Position numbers and translations under genes: made by a program. Shown piece after piece: positions 61,615-64,000 of a stretch of DNA of 64,000 nucleotides. The first letter of the stretch is position 1. Every line of letters starts with the position of its first letter. Under the pieces are notes generated by a model, which saw only the letters and a list, made by a program, of their open reading frames with translations, did not search any database and was not told the DNA's origin. The stretch covers positions 12,648,001 through 12,712,000 of the forward strand of contig CM120649.1 of NCBI GenBank assembly GCA_051362555.1. Reading direction: 5' to 3'. The stretch comes from Lingula anatina (taxonomy: Eukaryota > Animalia > Brachiopoda).

Positions 61615-63537
61615 TAACACCAACAACAACTGGTTACAACCATAAACAACCAATAAAGATATATGTATACTATTAATACCGTTTTTCATATGAGTATTAT
61701 ACTTGTGCTACCATTTTTATACAACGTACACCTTTCATCAAAATCAACCATGTCTGATAAACCTGCCTATTGGCACACAAAAACTTGAAACAGAGATGGA
61801 AAGTAATATCATTACTGATAAATCTTATATTAATATAAAGGCAACCACAATCTCAAATTCACTATCCAAATCTACCAAACTGATCTGCCTGACAAACTTA
61901 CATACAAACACACTTGATAGTGGCCGATTTAGTTATATAATAATATTTACAGCTGTTTCACATAGTACAACAGTAATTTACTTTTTCATTTAAAAGGTTT
62001 TCATTATAAAAGGTCTCTACTTTTAGTGTATTCATTTAGTAGCAGCCGACTTCAAAACAGCGAAACAAAACTGCAACAACAACAGCAACATGCCTTAAAA
62101 TCCATGCATGTTGTAACAGAATGGTGAATTACAGTTATCTTTATTTTGAATTAAATAATAAATTACAACAGATGATAACATGATCTAAAAAATATTAAAA
62201 GCAATTCTTTAAAAACTATTTGGTATATGTCTGTAAAACAAGCGGTGTAATTCAAATATGTCAAATCTCAAATAAAAAATCCATCCATGCAATGATGAAC
62301 ATTCAAAACACTAGTAAATTCAAGCAGCTTTTTCAGCAATTTTATCAGTATTTTTGCCTCAAATACAGCAAAATATGGAGAAAAACTCCACCAGGCCTCG
62401 GTAACTATGCACATACCTCTCATCCCATGGAGCAAGCTTGCACTTGCTAATACCAAAAATAGGAAACAAAATTAGTTAAAAACCTGAGGCTTGATTTTTC
62501 AAAGACCCTGACCTAAGCAGTGGAAAGTTTATTCACAGGTATCATTTTCTTGTTCATATAAGTCTACTGAGGGAAAATAAATAAAAATTCTCAACCGAAG
62601 CACCTGAATTACCACCAAACACCACTTTAGATAAATGTCAAAATTACATTATTTTTGAATTCCATTAAAATTTACCTTCACTGTATTTCTGTCTCATATC
62701 ATCAAAGTAGGGGAAGGAGTTCTTCAGGACCCAAACTCTCAGTATGTTGTCCTGCCCACCTGTGGCCTGCAAAGATCAAGGTCAAGGTTAAGTGAAGGTC
62801 AAGTATTATTGACTCAACTGACCAAGAAATGTTAACCCAGGAGGGGATACGCAATTCATAATTAAATTTGAAAGAGTAAATCAAAACCTCTCATGATGAT
62901 GAATCTGACATAGCAGGGGTTTCACAGAGGAGCAATGTAATTAGACTGAAATAGATTTATGATCCTGGTTAATAATGTAAACAACATGATACGACATCCA
63001 GAGGTCAAAAGCAGAGACTTGTACTTTCCCACAAATACCTTTTCCATTTATAGGTGTTAATTTTCCTATATGTCTCCCCTTTAATAGGTGCACATGTGCA
63101 TTAAAACAATAGCTTACCACAAGTCTTCCACAGTGCGAGAATTTCATAATCCAAACTGCTCCCTGAAATGGAACACATATCTATCATGTGTGACACTCTG
63201 CATGGTGATAGTTGGCAAGTATGGGAAATTTGCTGACAACAACATGGAAATATTCTTGCATTTCTTATTTTGTATCTAAACCGTTCTATTGTCCACCATA
63301 GCTATGCCAGGTCATTTGTGGTCATAGGCCACTAGTAAACTTTAATCACTTATGGACACTGTCCACTTGTTGATATGACAGATTAAGAGTTGATCAGATT
63401 TTTCCCTCAAAACAGGAACTCCAATGCCAGGTCAGAGTTACCAGATGTATACATACCACGTGTTCCCCACTCAGATCCTGACACATCTTTAGTTGAGCAA
63501 AGTCATATGGTCCCTTGTTGCTACCAGATGCCTTCAC
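58290..63537 (-). CDS. WDR44: WD repeat-containing protein 44 (Rab11-binding protein), 3' ten exons; the gene continues beyond the window end
   Basis: Exons in transcript order: 63457-63537, 63118-63162, 62676-62766, 61299-61372, 60764-60883, 60279-60401, 59910-60101, 59322-59539, 58758-58885 and 58290-58540, with consistent phases. Diagnostic peptides: [91 protein letters not shown] and RRDRNDFWEGIKAHNAVVTAAIFAP. Confidence 0.96.
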
Positions 63538-64000
63538 CTACAACATAAAAATGAACTTAAATAAATAATTATTTAAATAAACAAACAAACAAGATTATGT
63601 GCTATGAACTTTTTTTTTTATCTACTAGCCTTTAAGGCGAGCAGGGTCCAAAAGTGGGCCAGTGTTATACAACATTTGAGCTTTTTTTAACTAGTCTGGT
63701 GTCTCTTTGTGTGGGCCTTGGTCAACGAAGACAGACTCTTGTGAACTTAAAACTACGATGAGTTAAGTTACAGGAGAGTATGGCAATAAAGATAAACAAA
63801 ATGTTTTCAACGGAAACGAAAATGAAACCTATATCAAGCCTAGTCTAATAACTATATCAATAAATTGGTTTTTAAGGGAAATAAACAATAATTAAAACAC
63901 CCTAATTAAATACAGGAAAGTTTAGACAAGAAGTTTTTGAGTTCTGACAGGCAGTGTTTTTCCCTTTTCCTTCACACATGCACAATAAGGACTTTCCATT

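Noticed and set aside
61237-61649. Poly-L/Y/N ORFs
   Set aside because: These are translations of intronic (AAT)/(AAC) microsatellites; only 61299-61372 is a WDR44 exon.
4651-63537. Functional endolysosomal gene cluster (CARD-Rab, LAMP, WDR44)
   Set aside because: The thematic link is suggestive, but the genes are interspersed with an unrelated GPCR, a tRNA and another gene, and nothing in the sequence shows co-regulation.

Overview
AT-rich, intron-containing eukaryotic DNA that looks like an invertebrate bilaterian genome; the species cannot be determined. Genes reconstructed by hand, with every splice phase checked, are: (1) two intronless class-A GPCRs on the minus strand; (2) a 7-exon gene (4651-12305, +) encoding a 349-aa fusion of an N-terminal CARD to a complete Rab-like small GTPase with a polybasic-CCS prenylation tail; (3) a tRNA-Glu(CTC); (4) a mucin plus single-LAMP-domain gene (29674-41211, +) with three in-frame, mutually exclusive terminal exons, each encoding the 4th LAMP cysteine, a TM helix and a different YxxPhi tail (GYETF, DYSSL, GYQEM), the same layout as vertebrate LAMP2A/B/C; (5) a ~6.3-kb tandem duplication carrying two copies of a 5-exon, 207-aa basic coiled-coil gene; and (6) the 3' ten exons of WDR44 (minus strand). 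The rest is MITEs, Tc1 and pogo relics and microsatellites. The best candidates for a new system are the three-tailed LAMP gene, which has possible intronic RNA-pairing elements and is linked to WDR44, and the CARD-Rab fusion.
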